A stretch of 64,000 nt of DNA from Psammoneis japonica (taxonomy: Eukaryota): positions 186,001-250,000 of the forward strand of contig QPGO01000074.1 in NCBI GenBank assembly GCA_008632985.1, given 5' to 3'. Made by a program: the position numbers and the translations under genes. Shown in pieces: positions 47,846-60,883 of this stretch (positions are counted from its first letter, which is position 1; every line of letters starts with the position of its first letter). The notes under the pieces were generated by a model. The model made no database searches and had not been told where the DNA came from. It saw only the letters and a program-made list of their open reading frames with translations.

Positions 47846-49048
47846 ATGATGCAAGCATCGTTCAAGGCAGCGTTGTCTTTTCGCACTATTACTAGTAGTA
47901 TGAGATGCATGAGCTCATCATCTCGTCCGGACCTTGTCCATACAGCGTCGGATTACTTTACGCAATTACGGTGGCGTGCCGCCAATGCTCTAACCTCATC
48001 TCTGAATGATTCTGAAAAACAACAATTATTGAAAAACTTGAATGCTGTTCCCAAAGAACAACAAGTCAATGGGGACAGCAAACAGACTGACGACGAGATT
48101 TCGAAAAGCATCGGTGAGGCCGTGGCGGCGGCTCGTGCCGAAGAAGCCAAGCGTCAAGAAAGCAATGGATTCGTGAAAAGGAGGCACTGCTCAGGAAGCC
48201 GAGGAGGCGGCGACGGCCCGAGTGGAGAGTGATTTGAGAATTCAGGAACGCCGCATGGCCTTTGCGCAGTGGACACGTGAGTTGGAAGAAGAAAAGCGAG
48301 TCGACTTGGAAAAATCCTTGGAGGTACATCCCATTCTCGGAGAGGCCATTTGTGATTTGGGATACAAGCGAGTCCATGTGTTTCCGCCAAGGCCTTGGCC
48401 AATATTCCCATTTGGAAAAAGCAACGTATTTACCGTCACGACCGTGCCAAGGCCATGGCATCCGACAAGTTGAAAACGGTAGAAATGGGACTTCCCGGCA
48501 TTATTGCACTCCACGAAGATGATAACGGACAACTCAGTATTTTGGATGGCCAGCATCGAGTTGGCATGATGACGATTTTGGAAAAAAAGACGGATCGGTT
48601 GGATCTCGAACGCGTCCTTGTCGAAGTCTTTCCGAAGGCAAGGACGACAGTGTTTCACCGAAGACATTTTTGTCGAAATCAACAAGGCGGAACCCGTCAA
48701 GTTGGTCGATATGCCGGGTGTCGCACGATCGTCGATCGGAAAACCATTACCCAAGCGGCAGCTACGTTACAAGAAACATATGCCGACATGTTTAAACCGA
48801 GTGAACGGTGTCGTGCTCCGCATTTAAATGTGGACAATCTCCGAGACGCACTCTTTGCGTCCAATGCCTTGAAACGACATTCACTCACGAATCAAAAGGC
48901 GCTCGTGGCGTGGATGTTGGAGCAGAATGATTTGTTGCGGGCAAAGTATGAAAAGGAGGGAGCGAAAAATGTAAGCCAGACGGCTCTGGACAAGGCGATC
49001 AAGTTTGATTTTTACTTGGGACTCGAGTCATCATGGCTTTACAATTGA
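47846..49048 (+). CDS. ParB-like/DGQHR-motif protein with a probable mitochondrial presequence (several frameshifts)
   Basis: Arg/Ser-rich N-terminus, coiled coil, then PGIIALHE...ILDGQHRVG...FVEINKAEPV...CRAPHLNVDNLRD, distributed across frames. Confidence 0.7.
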
Positions 49049-49164
49049 AAGAAGTGGAGGAGGAGTATGTAGAGTAATATGAGGTTAGGCTGATTAGGTA
49101 AGGTAGTTAGCAGCTCAATAGTTTGTTGCAGTGAGGCCATCCTCCCCCCTACTACTCCATTCCT

Positions 49165-50270
49165 TCATCTACTGTTAACACTAGCAAGCGTCTGGTTATG
49201 CGACACTATGCAATCCAGTTGATGTTCGGTTGGATAATCCAACAACACGGATTGAATCTTGGACAAGAGAGTAGATGATAGCAAGTTGTTCTTTTCAATG
49301 CACGTAATCAAATCACGATTCATGGACTCGACCGAATGAATCACGGCCAATTGATAAAATTTGCTTCGTTTCCCCGCATCCACCGTTAATATAATTCCAG
49401 TAGTTTTGGCTTGTCTTCATGACTGATAATATCGACCCATTCTCGGCTCTTGCGTTCCACTTCTTTGAAAGATTGCTCCTTGTGTAGGACCAGCTTGCAT
49501 CCCAATGCGACCACGCGTCCACAACAAGTCGTGCTCGTTGACCATGGTTGGTCAATTGCGCTACGGTTTGGTGCTTGAGCCGTGTGACGATTGAATCGTA
49601 TCGGGCAAATCGATTGAGACAGTATTATGACAGCACTTGCATTGATTCTCTGACTTCTTGTTTGGTCCATTCTCGTTGGAGAACATTGTAAAAGAATCGA
49701 GGTGGATCATCATCGCTGACTCGATTATTGTTGTTGCCATTGGACTTTACCAAACACACCACCACTTCGGTTGGATGTTGTGAGAGAAAGCTCAACAGCG
49801 CTCGAGCTGTCTCATCGAGACGCGTCGTGAGTGCTGGACCGTGTCCAAAATAGTCCGTGTCGTCAATCGAAAATCAAACAGTCGTATTCCCATTTCGAGT
49901 TGTTGGCAATGTCATGCGTTTGACACAAGATCCAATCCGTACCATACGGTGTAGGTGGACACGTGTACGCATGGCTATTGTGCGATCCCGGCAACACCAA
50001 GTCCCATAATTGCAACTCTTGTACCGTGGCCATCCATGCATTTCGTTTTTGAATACTACTACGCTTGATTTTTTGTCGTTTTCGTTCCAACACCACTCGA
50101 CACGACAGACCCCAATGCAACGCATAGACAATGCACTTTGCACAATCCACCACACCCTGTGCAAAGATCATTTGAAAATATCTGGCCGAATCCTTTTTGC
50201 ATCTCATTAACAATACAAGCTTGCCAATTGAGACACAATTGGAGTGTATCCCAGTGCGCGTTTCAACCAT
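49165..50270 (-). CDS. PI-PLC X-domain-containing protein (frameshifted; boundaries approximate)
   Basis: WMA...LWDLVLPGSHNSHAY...WILCQTHDI, then in a shifted frame QLEMGIRLFDFR. Confidence 0.65.
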
Positions 50271-50788
50271 AAAGACGACGGCGATGGGGCTTCATCATTG
50301 TGGTTGAGAATCTCCAAACCGCAAGTGTCGCATCTCTCAAGTTTTCGTCCTGATTTACTGGGCGTCATGCTCGCTGCGGTGTACTTGAAACGAACTATGA
50401 TATAGACGAAAAGGCAGCATCAACGCAAAGTTTGATCATGCAGAGCGCTCATGGCTCATGGCTGTTCCTTTTTTTGGGGGGGGGGGGGGGCAGTGCGCGC
50501 AGTGCGCAGTGCCGAGTGCCGATGCCGCGCGCCCCAGATATTCAGATGACGTCACCTTTCCCGCTCTTTTCTGTCCGACGTCCGTCTGCCAGCCTGCTTT
50601 CTCGCGTTATTTGATGCGATGTGCGGCCGCGACGGCGATGACAGAGTGATGAGAGCCGGTTATTGTAAACAAGTTGCGTAAGGAAATCGTCCTTCAGCTC
50701 TCACACAACAAACTCACATCAAAGCTAAAGCGATCATATTTATCTGTATATAATTTTGAAGGGTCTTACTCTATAGAGAGTGAGCGCC

Positions 50789-53630
50789 ATGTCCAGCCCA
50801 GCTACATCACAACATGAAAAGTCAAAAAACGAAGAAGTGAAACCGGTTCGATTGGAGCTTTCGCTGTCACCCGAGGATGGATCGCTTCAAACCGCACCGC
50901 TAAGTACCGTTCTCTTATCCACGACTACTGGTTTATATAATGATTTGTACAATATGGCTCACGGTGAAATGGAAGTAGCGCAACAACAGCAACAACAAGC
51001 ACAAGACGATGAACAACAACAACAAGACGAACAGCCTTTACTTTCGTTGGGTACCACCAAAAAAGAACGCATGTCCAACTTATCGTTTGCACAACGTCGT
51101 CACGAATTGTCTTTTCGAATCTCCCAACACGGTCGACGTTTGGAAAAGGTCGCGGCGCTCACGGCGGCGGCTGCATCGGGCCATTTGGGACGTGACACGT
51201 GTATTGCGACACGGCCTTGCAATATGCACGAACGCTTGGGTTCAAGCCGATGAAGCACAAGATGCGCTTACTTTTTTCATGCCCGACTCTTTCCGGCACG
51301 ACAGTCACCGCATGATGTCTTGGGAGCGCTGGATGTGCTCAAGAGTGGTGAATGGCGAGATTTACCGACGGATTTGCAATTAAATGTCGATCGATACGAC
51401 AATTCGAGGAGCAGACATGGTCCAAGAGTGAGCTAACCAACAGATGGCACATGTCTGTACGAGAAAAATTAATAAAGGGTGAAGTAGGGAATTTGCAACG
51501 ATTGAAACTGAGCTATGGAATACAAAAACCTCTATGGAGAGTCTTGTTGAGAGGCGGTGTCGTGACGCTGTCGTGTGGATCTCCGCGAAAGGGGTCTTCA
51601 CCCCCAATATACCCTATTGAAGCTCATTTGTCGGTGCTTTCTACCCTGCCAAGGGCAGAGTGGACTCTACTCTCTGTGGAAGTGCGTGTCGAAGCTAAAA
51701 CGGGAGAATCCAATCACCAAATCGACACGAGTCATCGACAGCGTTTTGATTTGCATCGCCTGTGTGCCAAAGCCATGGCACAAGAAGAAGCACGTGTTCG
51801 AGACAGCCAAAGCAATGAGAATAAACAAGATGTACTTGCACAACCTCTGGATTGTTTGTTTCGAGTGGCACACGCCTTTAGTCTCTCGTGGCAACTTGAA
51901 GTATTGTCAGCACAGGCACAAGCGTTGCGAAAAGGAGCCTGGGCTAGTGCCAATAGCAATTCATCCATGGGACTTTCCGTCACTCCTGTTGAATTTACCG
52001 ATAATGTGCAGGCTGATGTACTTGGCAAAATGGCAATTCATTTTTGGAGTGTCGATGATCGATACGGTCCTCCATGCATGGGAGATTTGTTTCTCGGCGA
52101 TAAGGCAACGACCACTGAAGAGCCAAAAGACGAGGATATGGCCTCTGTCACAACCACGTCTTCTGCAGCAAGAAACAAGCTTGCAAAGCAATCAGAACGA
52201 CGAACCGGTCAACTCTGCTTGTCCATTAGGGCCGAATCAACAACAGGCATTCGCGTCTCGCTTAGTGGAGGTGACTCAATTATGGATTCCATGCAAACCA
52301 ATAGCCAAACCCACGAGACGCTGGAACAGCTGGTGGAAGCCATATCAAATCCGTTTAGCCTCTCGGTCAGTGACGCTCTCTTGGCTGCAACTCGTCTTTG
52401 CGCCGAACGCAAGTGCTACGCCATTATGCAAGCACTCCAACCTCCTGGTGGAGGAACGACACTGCCCAGCTGGATACAATTGACTGTAGAACGTGGCAGT
52501 ATTTCGGTTGCGGCTCAGATAAGTGGCTACCAAACCGTCGAAAGTCCACTGGAATATACAGTCTTGTTTCGCCTCGAGTGTGATGCGAGAACCGGTACCT
52601 TTGTTGCAACCTTTTCTCGCAGTGCCGCCCTGCTACGACTGTTGGCTTGCAACCACATGACTGCTAGTGACGTTGTAGCGATTCGAACCGCAAAGCTGGC
52701 TCAAAATGGACGCAAGGCGATCGCACACGGAACAGGCAGGGTGGTGAGAGAAGCCTTTGAGGCCCTGACGCGTTCTGTCAATGTGTTGGGCAAGAGAACC
52801 GGTGTGGGTGGATCGTGGGATGATATGGATAACAAGTCTCCTTCGCTTCGTCAACGAGCAATACAGCTTGCCTGTGTGGACGTGCGTACTTCACTCATGA
52901 CGTGTTGTGGTCTAGCCGCTACTTTTGGTTTGTCCGCGCTGGCTCTGGTGTTGCTACGGGAATCACAGCGTTGGTTGATGTGTACGTGTTTTCTGATCAT
53001 GAAGGTCCTTCTGTCCGCTTGCTTGTTTGTATTGGAATGAGGACTAACTTATTATTATTGTTTGTATGCTCAGTGCCGGAGGACCCATTGGACATATGGA
53101 TGGAAAGTCGTTTGTATCAGCTCCACCGTTGGGTATCATTGTGGATCAACAGTTGATCCAAAAAGAATACAAATCCAAAGACGGCGAGATGAAGAAACAG
53201 TCACTCATTGAGCGTGATTTGTTTGGTGTAAGCTGTACTGTGACGGATGACGCTGTCACCCTCTATGGGTTTGACATTGTACTGCAACTGGACTCGCCTA
53301 CTTCTCGTAAGTTGCAAAGCAGAATACTGAGTTTGTGATGATGAGCTCGCTGCATTAGCTAAACTCGTCCTTGTTTCGTTCTTGCTTTCAGTTGAAGATG
53401 AACGAATTAGCTGCACGTTGACTACTTTGGTACCCTCTGACGAGAAAGTTACCAAACTTAACGGCGGCTGCGAAGGGCCCAACAAACGCCAAAAAATCGA
53501 TAGTAACGGGACCGCCGCAAGTGTGATAGGCTCCCAACACCGACACCAGCATATGCTACATGACCAAGTCGAGAAACTTGCTTCTGTTTTCTCGAATACA
53601 TTGGGTTCGTCTAAACGTAGAGGCATATGA
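50789..53630 (+). CDS. MED14: Mediator complex subunit 14 (introns at about 52981-53074 and 53308-53391; frameshifts in the 5' part)
   Basis: After frame correction it reads QADEAQDAL.FF...LFPARQSPHDVLGALDVLKSGEWRDLPTD, matching the MED14 N-terminal signature. Also HAFSLSWQLEVLSAQAQALRKGAW. Confidence 0.75.
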
Positions 53631-54112
53631 CTAGCTATTGAAGCTTTGCTACTTTTGTATTGTTTCGTAGTGCCGACCGTTCGGCAACATTCGGGACTTG
53701 GGCCAAGGGTTAAAGACCATTGGTCCCGGCAGAGTGTGGCACATGATTGGGGCTCACACATTGGCCAAGGTGCTACACCATTCGGGCCAAGGGTAGCTGA
53801 CCAAAATCTGCTTGTGGTGTGTTCCAAATGCATTTTTAGCAGAACATCTCTTTCACGGCTGCAAGATCGATGTGTGCTCTGCGCAGATCTTTAAGCTTGC
53901 CATCTTTTGCAACAAAGACGCCTCTTCCGCACAATGGCATCGTACTCGCCGGTCTAGCAGTCAAGAACCGGCCACCGACGCATTTCGAAATTACCAATTC
54001 AGCTCATGCTTCAGACTATCGATACATCTGCTCATCCTCTGCTTCTTCGTTAGTACACCTTTCCTTACAAGGCTTCCCCCCAGATTTACAGCATCTGTAA
54101 GACAGGGAAATG

Positions 54113-55011
54113 TCATCTGCTATGGTTGTCTCGCATTCTCGGTGGTATCTCAACATGCGCCATGACGGGATGATGATCCGACAGAAACACCTTGGTCCCC
54201 TTTTCATGCTTGCTTAGAATATCTGCATCAAGGATTCTTATTTCTTTGCTGACAAGGATATAATCAATCCTAGGTCCGTTCGAGCCTCCCTTGAATCCGT
54301 GGAAGGTCCCCGGTGAAGACGATTTGGCGCAGTTGTTGCTGTCTCTCGGATGCACATGCCGATACGTGTCTACCAGATGGGTGGTGTGATCATCATCACG
54401 CCCGTCACCTTTGAGATGCGGATCACATAATCGTCTTCTTTGCAATTAAAATCTCCAGTGATAATGACGGGGTCCTCCTCAAAATGCTGTCGCTGGGAAA
54501 TGCGCTGGGCGAGAAGTTCCGCACATTTTCGACCACCAAACGACTCAAAGTGAGTATTGTAGACATAGACCGATGACGACGAAGCATCATCCTTATTGTT
54601 CTCGTGGAAGCGCGCCCACGTGACGATGCGTGGTAGCCAGTTGCCGAATCCCCTTGATCCCGGTTCGCTCGGCGTACTCGAAAGCCAAAACGTGCCATGC
54701 TCATTCTCGTCCATTTTCCAACGAGCAGAATCATAGAGAATGGGGACTCCCTCATTTAGGAGTGGCCAGGAACGTGCACAACGCTGTTGGCCGGCAAAGA
54801 GCGCATATGAATCAGGAAGCTCGTTCAAAAGATACTCTGTCTGATAACACAGGGCCTCTTGAATTCCGACAAAGTCAGGCTTTTGCTCAGCAATGGCATC
54901 ACGGACCAGGGATCGACGCTTGGACCATCGATTGCGTCCATCCGGAGCTCCACCATTTCTGATGTTAAACGATAGGACCTTTGTTGGAATAGATGACGGT
55001 GTCGAACTCAT
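54113..55011 (-). CDS. Endonuclease/exonuclease/phosphatase (EEP) family protein, bacterial-like (frameshift at about 54400)
   Basis: SFNIR, GIQEA, FWLSSTP, PRIVTWARF, YNTHF, GDFN, RIDYILV, SDHHPV. Confidence 0.88.
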
Positions 55012-55184
55012 CCATATAAAGCCGGTATGACGATCATATGCAACCCAACCATAAAGTGGCAACTCGCAATTTCGTCGACCGCATCGCCGATTCCAGATTT
55101 GCTGATCGGTCGGTGGTCGGTGCACGGACCGACCTTTTGCAACTGGAACGAACGAACTCTGCACTGGTAACCTCAGATGCATAC

Positions 55185-55234
55185 TCTCTAGCTCTAGAGA
55201 GAGTAGATAGAGTAGCTCGCTAGCTAGAGGCTAC
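55185..55234. repeat. CTAG/TAGAG low-complexity island upstream of the EEP gene
   Basis: ctctagctctagagagagtagatagagtagctcgctagctagaggctac. Confidence 0.7.
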
Positions 55235-55481
55235 AATGCTGGAGTAAACTGGACATTTCTCCATAGACTTGAAATGATGCGTCAAAGACCTAGTAGAATG
55301 GTAGATAGCAGGTCAGCCAAGATCTTCCCTTCTGCCTAGTTGCGTGCCATGTGCGAGTCCCAAATCGCACTTCTAATCACACCAACAGCGCTTGGGTACT
55401 CAACCCATTGGAAGGAGAAGGTAAAAAAAGAATGATACTAATGTTTATATAGAAAGAAAACACACTAACTTGAAACTGACA

Positions 55482-57169
55482 CTAAAAGGTGCCCCAATAG
55501 AAGGGTCGTTCACCCATCTTCCACTTCAAGTCGGAAGGGTTCCGGTCCTCCAGATCACTGTAGGGTTTCGTGTACAGCCTACCATCTGGATTATCCCAGA
55601 ACATGTCAAACAGCTCATTAAAGGCTCGGCAAACTTTTGGGGATCCCTTCACAACGATGTTACTTTCCATGTTGACGCCATTCAGGTTGCGTCCCGTGTA
55701 GTTTCCAGACCCCGTGGTGAGCTGGTACTTGGGTTGCGTTGCGTCCTCGTTGGTAACGCACATGATTTTGGCATGATTCTCTTCACCGTGCGTTGCATAC
55801 CACCTAATCTCAATGCTGTTGGGCGCAGATTTCTGGAGCAAGTACCGCGCCCCTTGATGATTGGGAGTTCCGTCGTTTTCTTTGGCATCTTCTGTCTTTT
55901 GAAACGGTTCGTTGCAGGGTTCCAGCAGAATCTTGATGGGTTTGCTTGTTTGCTTGGAAGCTTGCAAGATTGCATCAATCACGGCAGGACAGGAAAGATA
56001 AAACATTTGGATGCGTACTTGGTCGCCCTCCGAGACAGATTCCAACATGTCAATAACCGCATCTCGAATCTTACGCTCCGTGACGATGCTGACAAGTGGC
56101 AGAATTGTTCCGCCATCATTCTCCACGTCGGCACTCTTCTCCTGGAGAGGAGGGATCTCAACTGGCGGGAAGCATTCTGTACCGAACTCCTTCTTGTACT
56201 GATCCGATGCATCATAGTGCCAGTGCGCATAGACCGGGCCCAACTTGGCACAGTGCATCATGTCAATACGGAGCATATTGTACACATACATGGCAGGTGC
56301 ACCCTTGACAGTAACGGCAGTGTTCACATCAAAGCAAGTAGCATTGTGTGGATTAGCCGAAGTAACAAAGAGTTCCATGTCATTATCGGGCGTGTCGACC
56401 ACCATCAACTTGCGATGATTTGCCTTGAGCAAAAGAGCATCATACAAAGTCTGTACCGAAGCAGGATGGTCATCCCATTTGAAACAAGGGAAACTGAGGA
56501 CATGGCCACAGCAATAGGACCAGAACCTGCCCCACTGATTGCACGTCAGTTTATCGATTCCTCGGTCCACCAATCCAAGCCCGTGTCGAATTCCAAACGA
56601 AGCGGGTTTAAGGCCTTGTACGAGATCCGAATAAAAGACGTCGATTTGATTCTCACGGAACTGGTTCTCCGCCGGAGAAACGCGTCGAGCGTAACTGCGG
56701 TTCATGGGATCGAGAATGACGGCAATCTTCATGTCTGGATTTTTCTTCCGTTTATTGATTAGTGTTTCCACCAGCAAGCCCGTAATATCTTCTTCAATCT
56801 CACCGTCTCCTGTTGAATAGAGGCAATCTAAAAGAAAAACGGATACGATAATGAACTTTGTAGCAGAGTCCATCATATCCATCAACTTGGAACGCATTTG
56901 TCGCACACAGTGTCGTTCTTCATCCTCCAGGTAAGTGTAGGTCATGTAGAAGCCTAGATCTGTTTCACGGACAGGATATTCTTCTGAAGCGTTGTTCACG
57001 CGTTGTAGATTACTCATGATGGCGATTTCAGACTGCTCGCCTTCTGTTTGATGAATCTTGGGCTGGAAGGTGCTTGATTCGAGGGACAACAAAAGGCAGT
57101 AGTCAGCGTCAGTGTGCGATTATAGGCTTGGTGATGAGAAACGTCGACGAACGACAACACCAACACCAT
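55482..57169 (-). CDS. Phospholipase D superfamily protein, bacterial-like; possible ATG-only first exon with intron 57063-57166 (alternative start 57017)
   Basis: HKD-type motifs ANHRKLMVVD...SANPH and NHAKIMCV...GSGNYTGRNL. Confidence 0.85.
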
Positions 57170-57417
57170 GGCTCGAGAAGTGAGAACCGCACTTCGATGT
57201 TCGCTTCAGAAGAACATTCGACATATCTCAAAATCTTTGAAATTTTAGACTGAAGCAATGAATGCTAAATTTTTATTATTAATAAGCGTCTGTCTGTGTA
57301 CGTCGATGAGTTCCATGTAACTTTGGATTTTGGCGGTTGGAACAACGATGCGGCCTGTGAATAGCTTACTAGTACTCTATCTTTATCCCTTCGACTTTGC
57401 CAAAAGAGATGCATTTA

Positions 57418-59983
57418 CTACTCGACCATATCTTTTGTGGCAACAAGATCGATGGAGGCTGTCCGTAGCTTTTGCTTAGCATTCTTGGCAACAAAGATAC
57501 CTCTACCAAAGGTGGCCGCAACAATCATATCTTGTTCGGTCTCGTAGTCAACATCTGCCACCAACACATTTGGAAATTCATCAATGCTACCAAAACGTCT
57601 CCAATGGAATGGTGACATAATCTGATTTCCGCAGCTCACGTCCATTTTGCAGAAAGCAACCCCATTGCTTGTGCCTACCAACAATGCAAAGTTGTCAATG
57701 TCATTATTGTCGAGGTCAATCCACACCATGCCTCCAGGCCGAATCAAACCGGCAACGCCAATAGCGGAATGGAGATTGCCCGTAATATTGGTCCAGGATT
57801 TTCCAGCATCGATAGTGACGAATATGGCCTCATCACCTGCATTGTTGTCGATACTTTGCCATCCAGTGACGGCAATGATACGAGAGTCCTGAGGTGACAC
57901 CGCCATTTGGACGGTTCTACTGTGGGTGAGTGGTCCAAGTATCCGAGCTCCAGAAGCGTCGTATGCCAGGGTAACTGGATCGGCAAACTTGACGGGAAGT
58001 GCAAACTCAAGCCAACTTGATCCAACTCGTCGGTAGAGGCTTCGGCTCGAGAGAGCCAAAATGAGATCAGGATCTGGTTGACCAGCCGTGAATCCTCCAG
58101 AGACAAAGTCCAAAATGATTTCACCATTGTTTGGACTCTCTACGATCTTTGTTGGAGGTCCAATGTCCTCCGCAGCCTGTACTGAATAAGGAATGCGAAA
58201 CTGGTAAAAGGCACTCGGCCTCTCGGGTCCCGTTCCATTGGTCCAGAAATGCAACAAGGTTGGATCTTGCCTATTGAGCGTGTACGGATGAACAAAGTAG
58301 GGGAACGAGGATGGTTCGGGGAAATACTTTGTCAGCGGCACTTGAATGAAACGATCACCTTGCACAAAGCAAAGACCCCCACATCCGTCGTCATCGTCAT
58401 CGTCATCATCACTACTGCTCTTTACTTTCTTCCCAGTTTCTGGATCACGGTAAACGGTACCAACTCCTAGAAATTGGGTGGAACCAAACAGTCGACTTGG
58501 CGTAGCTTGGCTGTCAACAAGAGTAATGGCACCATCCCCTTCCACAAATCCGAAGGCAACATCTCCGGGGGTCGCATTGGCCTTGGTCACAATGGCGCAA
58601 TTGTCTTGAGCGCCCATGACGTAGCGATCTCCTTGTGGATCGTAATGCGCCGAGAGTAATTCCAACGCGGAATAGTCACCATTGAGAGATATCCACCGAC
58701 CGCCAGGGTTTCGAGGATTGATTCGTGCAAAGATGCCACCATCCGTGACAAGCACAAGCCGATTGGTCTGCTTGTCCCATGCGTAATTGCGACAATCCCC
58801 GTGAGGGACCGATCCATCCACTACATCAGCTTTTCCCCACATTTTGGTCCAGATGCCAGAGGTGAGATTGACACGCCATGCAAGTGCACCGGCATTACCC
58901 GCGATGTATAGGAGATTGGGTATCGTAGGATCTCCCAGGAGAGCCATTCGATCCTTTGGCATGGCGTCCTCATCCATGCTTTGAGGCTGTTTTAGTAGTG
59001 TCCATAACGACGGATTGTCCGAACCATTGCGTCTCTCATTCTCGGAGACAACAAGTCGATCGATATCAGTGACAAAGATTTGCGAGTCAGTGTTGTTAGG
59101 TAAACCTCCAGGTAGTCGGATCAGTCCAGCAACAACAACTTTTCCATCCTTGACGGTCGCGGCACAAGTGTAGAAGGGAACTGCTCCAACTGTCCACGGT
59201 AATGGCGGTTGAAGGGACCGAAAGGAACTCCCCTGATTCATAGAGATGGATACCGAGTGCTTTGCAGTTCGAGCATGAGTCGCCAGTACAATCGTAGAAG
59301 AGGAAGGGTGATGATCCCACTTGGTCAAGGTAAAGGTAGGAACAATGTGTACACGCTGAAAAGTCCTTCCGGCATTACGAGATTGCCAAATTCCACCCTT
59401 GTTGCGGTCGTATAGATGTGATTGGGCCGCCACCAAGATAATTTCACTGGAGAGTTGCAAAATATCCGTCACGTAGTAATTCACAGGAAACCCATTCAGC
59501 ATGTCCCACGTATCACCATTGTCTCGAGAAACCATGACGCCACCCCAATCTCCCGAATTGACAACATTCCAATCTGCGCCTTGCTCGGATGAGGTGGATC
59601 CTCCACAACCAGCGTAGAGAATGTTTCCTTTTGGATAGTAATGCAAGGCGGAAATAGACGCACACCTTACGTCGGGTTGTCCATCCAACACATTTCTCCA
59701 GTGTGGAGCAGTCAGATTTTGTGTTTGCCAAACACCGCCATTGACACTCCCAATAAACCAGGTATTGTTGTTGCCTCGCACGGCGCTTTGAACGGCAGCC
59801 GCCGATGGCAATTTAGGTTCGTCTCCAAACCGAGAAATGTACGTGGTGGGGCCCGCAAATTCCCAACCCCACTGGATCGGTGCTCGCCGTGAAAGCGGCT
59901 CTTGTGGTAGTCAAAGATCTCAAAACTACGAAAATCCGACAAGCCTGCAACCAGAAACCGCAGGCACTGCTGCCGTGTCTCAT
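57418..59983 (-). CDS. Secreted BNR/Asp-box beta-propeller protein (sortilin/GH74-like); frameshift at about 59868
   Basis: Signal-like N-terminus, then GSVNGGVW, SRDNGDTW, SRNAGRTF, TIDAGKSW, HGDCRNYAWD, TDGGIF, GAQDN and ATFGRGIF. Confidence 0.8.
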
Positions 59984-60883
59984 TGCTGATTCAAGAACGA
60001 AACACACTGCTACGGTGCTGATACCGACATAGTACACGATAGCTTGTCACAGCTCACAGCCAGAGCAAAAAATGATCTGGAGATCTGGATCGCTCGCCTA
60101 AAAAGATCCAGAATCTTTGTGCGCGCGCGGCGACGCGTGGGCGTGAAAGCACAGCCGCCCGCGCACCAACGTGTATCATACCCGATGCCGGCGGTCGGCG
60201 GTCGGCGGTGGTGTACAGTAATCGCATGATGACAATGTTGGTGCCGCCGTCGACATTCAAACATGATATCGCACCGCAGTTGAGACAAAGTTGGGTGGAC
60301 CCTGAGCTGCACTCACGATATGGGGAGAAAGGCCTTTCTGTGTGCAAGTGTCGTGAGCGATCTGATGGGTGCGCTGCAAGCCTCCTTCAGCTACGCCAAT
60401 ACGAAGCACGCAATTTTGTTTGTACGCAAAATGTGTGCCATCAGCGACGAGTTGTCGAACAGAAGCTGCAGGTTGGCCATCCACAGCCAAGACAAACACC
60501 TTGGAGGGAAGACAGCCGAGTCATGGATGTTGGAGGTCGTACATGAAAGATCTCTTTCAATGGGTTGTTCAGAGAAAAGCATGTCATTGTCTTGAACAGT
60601 CTGCGATCGATTGAGTTGAAGCAGGACACGTCAGCAGAAGTCGCACATGCCACTCGATTCTTATCTGAGATTTCTCTATTGTGGCATACCTGCCGGTAAT
60701 CATCAGCTCTCGGCTACTCGAGATCTTTGTTTTAAGTCGTGGTGCTGCTCAGTCGTGCGTCAGCTCGCTCCCATGAGAAATGGTGGCCGACTGAAGATTA
60801 TGGCAAGTTCTTCACATTATTATTTGCACTTTTATTCTTCGTATCTGTCTCGAGACGATTAGAACCTTACAAAGAATTCAACC

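Noticed and set aside
51575..52483. 302-aa alternative-frame ORF
   Set aside because: It overlaps MED14 in another frame and has no protein-like features.
55470..56762. 430-aa plus-strand ORF
   Set aside because: It is the antisense shadow of the PLD gene and has no recognisable motifs.
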